This document shows, piece by piece, positions 61,166 through 64,000 of a stretch of 64,000 nucleotides of DNA. The stretch's first letter is position 1. Each line of letters starts with the position of its first letter. The stretch is from Gemmatimonadota bacterium. GTDB taxonomy: Bacteria > Gemmatimonadota > Gemmatimonadetes > Longimicrobiales > Gaopeijiaceae. The position numbers and the translations under genes are program-made. Under the pieces are notes generated by a model, which did no database searches, was not told the origin of the DNA, and worked only from the letters and a program-made list of their open reading frames with translations. The stretch is taken from assembly GCA_034521595.1 (NCBI GenBank), contig JAXHMG010000003.1, positions 1,824,001-1,888,000 of the forward strand. The letters are read 5' to 3'.

Positions 61166-61639
61166 ATGAACCCCATCGCGACACACACCGCGGCCTTCAT
61201 GGAATCGCACCCCCATCCGGCGCTCCGCCTCGGCGAGCTGCTCCCGCCCATGGCCGACCGGGTGGACCGCTCGCTCACCCTCCTCCGCCTCCGGGAAGCG
61301 CTGTCCGAACACCCCGAGACCTTCCGCATTCTCGATCCGTGGAAAGGCCCCTGGCGAACGGTGGTCCCGGCCCCGAGCGAAGTTACCGGCGTCGGCGCCG
61401 GGCACGAATCCCGGCACGGAGGTCACGGGGACCCGGCCGGCGACGTGTGGGTCGTGTTGCTCGCGGATCCGAGCGGAGACCCGGGACCCGCGGGCGGAGC
61501 TCAGCTCACGCTGCGGGAGAGCGTGCGTTGGCTCGCCCGATGCATCGACGCGCGCTCTCCGCTCTCCGTCAGTCGATGGTACGCCATCGCTCTAGCGGAG
61601 CGCGAGAGTCGGCGGGCGCTCACGCGGCGGGTAGCCTGA
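61166..61639 (+). CDS. Hypothetical protein
   Basis: 157-aa ORF from ATG 61166 filling the gap between HIT and prmA, with protein-like composition. No family recognised. Confidence 0.6.
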   Translation: MNPIATHTAAFMESHPHPALRLGELLPPMADRVDRSLTLLRLREALSEHPETFRILDPWKGPWRTVVPAPSEVTGVGAGHESRHGGHGDPAGDVWVVLLADPSGDPGPAGGAQLTLRESVRWLARCIDARSPLSVSRWYAIALAERESRRALTRRVA

Positions 61640-61642
61640 CCG

Positions 61643-62530
61643 TCACCGCCGGTGCCGAGCCCGAAACAGACCCGAGCGCCACTGACCGTCCTCGTCGAGC
61701 TCGACGAAATCGAACCCGTGCTCCTCGGTCGCCGCACGCATCTGGGCCCACTCCGTGTCGAGGATCCCGGAAAGGATGAGCCAACCTTCCGGTTCGACCG
61801 CCGCGGCGAATCCAGGAAGGAGCGGTATCAGCACACCCCATTCGATGTTCGCGACCACGCCGGACACCGGGCCGGCGCCACTCAACCACGCTGCGTCGGC
61901 GGGGCGCACCTCCCAATGGACCCGGTCCTCCACACCGTTGCGCAGGACGTTCTCCGCGAGCGCTTCACAGGCCAAGGGGTCCGACTCCACCGCTTCGACC
62001 TCGTCCGCGCCGAGCAGCACCGCGGCGATCGAAAGGATGCCGGAACCGGCCCCGACATCGAGCACGCGGTCGCCGGGCTTCACGGTTCGGTCCAGCAGGC
62101 GCAGGCATCCTCGGGTGGTTCCATGCTCCGCGGTCCCGAAGGCCATGCCCGGGTCGAGGGTGATCACGAGGTCGCCCGCGCGAGGGTCCGGCACCTCCAT
62201 CCAACTCGGCCGGACGACGAGCCGGTCCGTGATACGGCGCGGGGCCAATCCCCGGCGCCACGCCTCCGCCCAGTCCTCGTTTCCGCGCCAGGAAACCTCG
62301 ACGTCGAGATCGCTCAGGCCGGTGAGCGCGGCAAGCTGCGCGTGCAACGCCTCCTTCAGGCCGACCTCGTCGGCCGGCTCGTCAGGCAGATGGGTGACGT
62401 ACCAACCGTCCCGTTCCTCGACGGCCCGTCCGCCCAACGCAACCAATCCTTCGGCCAGCGACTCCGCCTCTTCCCCCCCTGCACGGCTCCGAGCTTTCAG
62501 CTCGACCCAAAGTCTGTCGGGAGTGCTCAT
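61643..62530 (-). CDS. prmA: Ribosomal protein L11 methyltransferase
   Basis: DW...W, LDPGMAFGT..H.TT, VLDVGAGSGILS, VANI, LSGIL. Confidence 0.94.
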   Translation of the reverse strand: MSTPDRLWVELKARSRAGGEEAESLAEGLVALGGRAVEERDGWYVTHLPDEPADEVGLKEALHAQLAALTGLSDLDVEVSWRGNEDWAEAWRRGLAPRRITDRLVVRPSWMEVPDPRAGDLVITLDPGMAFGTAEHGTTRGCLRLLDRTVKPGDRVLDVGAGSGILSIAAVLLGADEVEAVESDPLACEALAENVLRNGVEDRVHWEVRPADAAWLSGAGPVSGVVANIEWGVLIPLLPGFAAAVEPEGWLILSGILDTEWAQMRAATEEHGFDFVELDEDGQWRSGLFRARHRR

Positions 62531-63699
62531 CCCCCGGTGAACGCTTCTTTGACTCTGGACCAGAACCCCTTCCGGGAGCCGCGTCTGACGTGGTCGGGCG
62601 CGGGAGTTTCGATCTCACGCAGGCGTTCCAACAGCTCTCGCTGCTCGTCGGACAGGGCGTCGGGGGTCCAGAGCACCACGCGTAACAGCTGGTCGCCGCG
62701 GGACGCACCATTCAGGTCCGGCAGACCGAGGCCCTTGAGACGCAGCACTTCTCCGCTCTGGATACCCGCGGGGATCTTCACCTTCGCGTCCCCTTCGATC
62801 GTCGGGACCTCCACCTCGTCGCCGAGGGCCGCCTGGGCGAACGTGATCGGCAGCTCGTGCACGAGGTTCGACCCTTCACGCTGAAAGCGAGGGTCGTCCT
62901 GCACCTCGAGCATGACCACGAGATCGCCCCGGGGGCCGCCGCGAGGGCCCACGCTCCCACGCCCACGAAGGGTCAGGAAGTTCTCGGAGGTCACCCCGGG
63001 CGGTACCTCCACCTCGACCTCCTGCTCGTGCCGCACACGCCCTTCACCGCGGCACTTCGAGCAGGGATCCGAGATGACGCGCCCTTCACCGTGGCAGGTA
63101 TGGCACGGCTGTACGCTGACGAACTGCCCGAACACCGAACGTTGCACGTGGCGCTCTTCGCCGGCCCCACCGCATGTCGGGCAAACGGACGGGGAGGAGC
63201 CCTCTTGCGCTCCAGAGCCGTCACAAGCCTCACAGACATCGAGCAGCGCCACCTGCACGGTGCGCGTCACCCCGGTCGCCACCTCGGCGAGGGTCAAGGG
63301 AAGCTTGATGCGAACGGTCTTGCCCTTCCGGGACGTTGACCGCTGTTGCCGCTCTCCACGCATACCGAAGAGGTCCTCGATGTTCGAGAACCCACCGCCA
63401 CCGCCACCGAAGTCGCGCATGAAGATCTCGATCGCATCGGCGAAGTCGAAGCCGGCGCTGCCCGCTCCGCCCGCGCCACCTTTGAGACCCTGCTCTCCGT
63501 ACCGGTCGTAAACGGCGCGCTTGTCCGGATCCCGAAGGATTTCGTAAGCCTCCGTGATCTCCTTGAACCGAGCTTCGGACTCTTTGGAGCCCTGGTTCTT
63601 ATCCGGGTGGTACTTCACCGCGAGCTTGCGGTATGCCTTCTTGATCTCGTCGGCGTCGGCTGAACGGTCCACGCCGAGGAGCTGGTAGTAATCCGCCAT
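62527..63699 (-). CDS. dnaJ: Molecular chaperone DnaJ
   Basis: J domain with HPD, G/F-rich region, four CxxCxGxG repeats. Confidence 0.97.
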   Translation of the reverse strand: MADYYQLLGVDRSADADEIKKAYRKLAVKYHPDKNQGSKESEARFKEITEAYEILRDPDKRAVYDRYGEQGLKGGAGGAGSAGFDFADAIEIFMRDFGGGGGGFSNIEDLFGMRGERQQRSTSRKGKTVRIKLPLTLAEVATGVTRTVQVALLDVCEACDGSGAQEGSSPSVCPTCGGAGEERHVQRSVFGQFVSVQPCHTCHGEGRVISDPCSKCRGEGRVRHEQEVEVEVPPGVTSENFLTLRGRGSVGPRGGPRGDLVVMLEVQDDPRFQREGSNLVHELPITFAQAALGDEVEVPTIEGDAKVKIPAGIQSGEVLRLKGLGLPDLNGASRGDQLLRVVLWTPDALSDEQRELLERLREIETPAPDHVRRGSRKGFWSRVKEAFTGG

Positions 63700-63757
63700 C
63701 GATTTTCCGGGAGGATCCGGCAGCAGAGACGTCGCGCCTCCGCACGCCGGAAAATTA

Positions 63758-64000
63758 TCAGGTTCCGAGCACCCGCGTCACGAGCGTCGAAGTATAGTCT
63801 ACGATCGTCACGACCTTTTCGTACGGCATCCGTGTCGGCCCGATCACGCCGATCACACCCTTGAGGTCACCGACACGGTATTCGGCCGTGACCAGCGTGA
63901 AATCGGACAGAATATTCGAGTCGTTCTCGCCGCCGATGGTGATCTGCAGCCGGCCTCCGTGTTCACGCCCGCCCACCGCTTCCGCGAGGAGATCACGCTG
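63758..64000 (-). CDS. hrcA: Heat-inducible repressor HrcA, C-terminal part (5'-truncated)
   Basis: ITIG.EN...G.IGVIGPTRM.Y.KV motif, directly upstream of dnaJ. Confidence 0.9.
   Translation of the reverse strand, partial: QRDLLAEAVGGREHGGRLQITIGGENDSNILSDFTLVTAEYRVGDLKGVIGVIGPTRMPYEKVVTIVDYTSTLVTRVLGT

Overview
High-GC bacterial chromosomal window made mostly of housekeeping genes. Gene content and order suggest a diderm, probably Gemmatimonadota-like; this is inference, not a search result. From ~7.5 to 64 kb nearly all genes lie on the minus strand: hrcA(partial)-dnaJ-prmA, HIT, yqeY, mutS2-dnaG, recJ-rsmD-coaD-pta, an anti-sigma partner-switching triad, rsmA, a rex-led catabolic cluster, glyA, nnr-thiL-plsC-eno-ftsB, tRNA(CAT), lemA-M48 protease, GDPD-tilS-ftsH-cdaA, exbB-exbD-exbD-tonB and yggS-divIVA-ileS-rluD. 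Main points: (1) a five-gene putative signalling operon at 7.5-13.7 kb. It encodes a tandem DnaA-like AAA+/pseudo-AAA+ protein with no DNA-binding domain, a DUF4388/PATAN-TPR protein with a tandem MshEN c-di-GMP motif, a membrane-anchored gluzincin, an orphan sigma-54 response regulator with a degenerate HTH, and a small membrane protein. (2) A selenocysteine formate dehydrogenase that the ORF track splits at an in-frame TGA, followed by a clear SECIS and paired with a fused NuoE-NuoF diaphorase. (3) A perfect Rex operator over the rex promoter. (4) A locally garbled, compensated-frameshift stretch in nnr/thiL, probably consensus error. No CRISPR array, rRNA or mobile element was seen.
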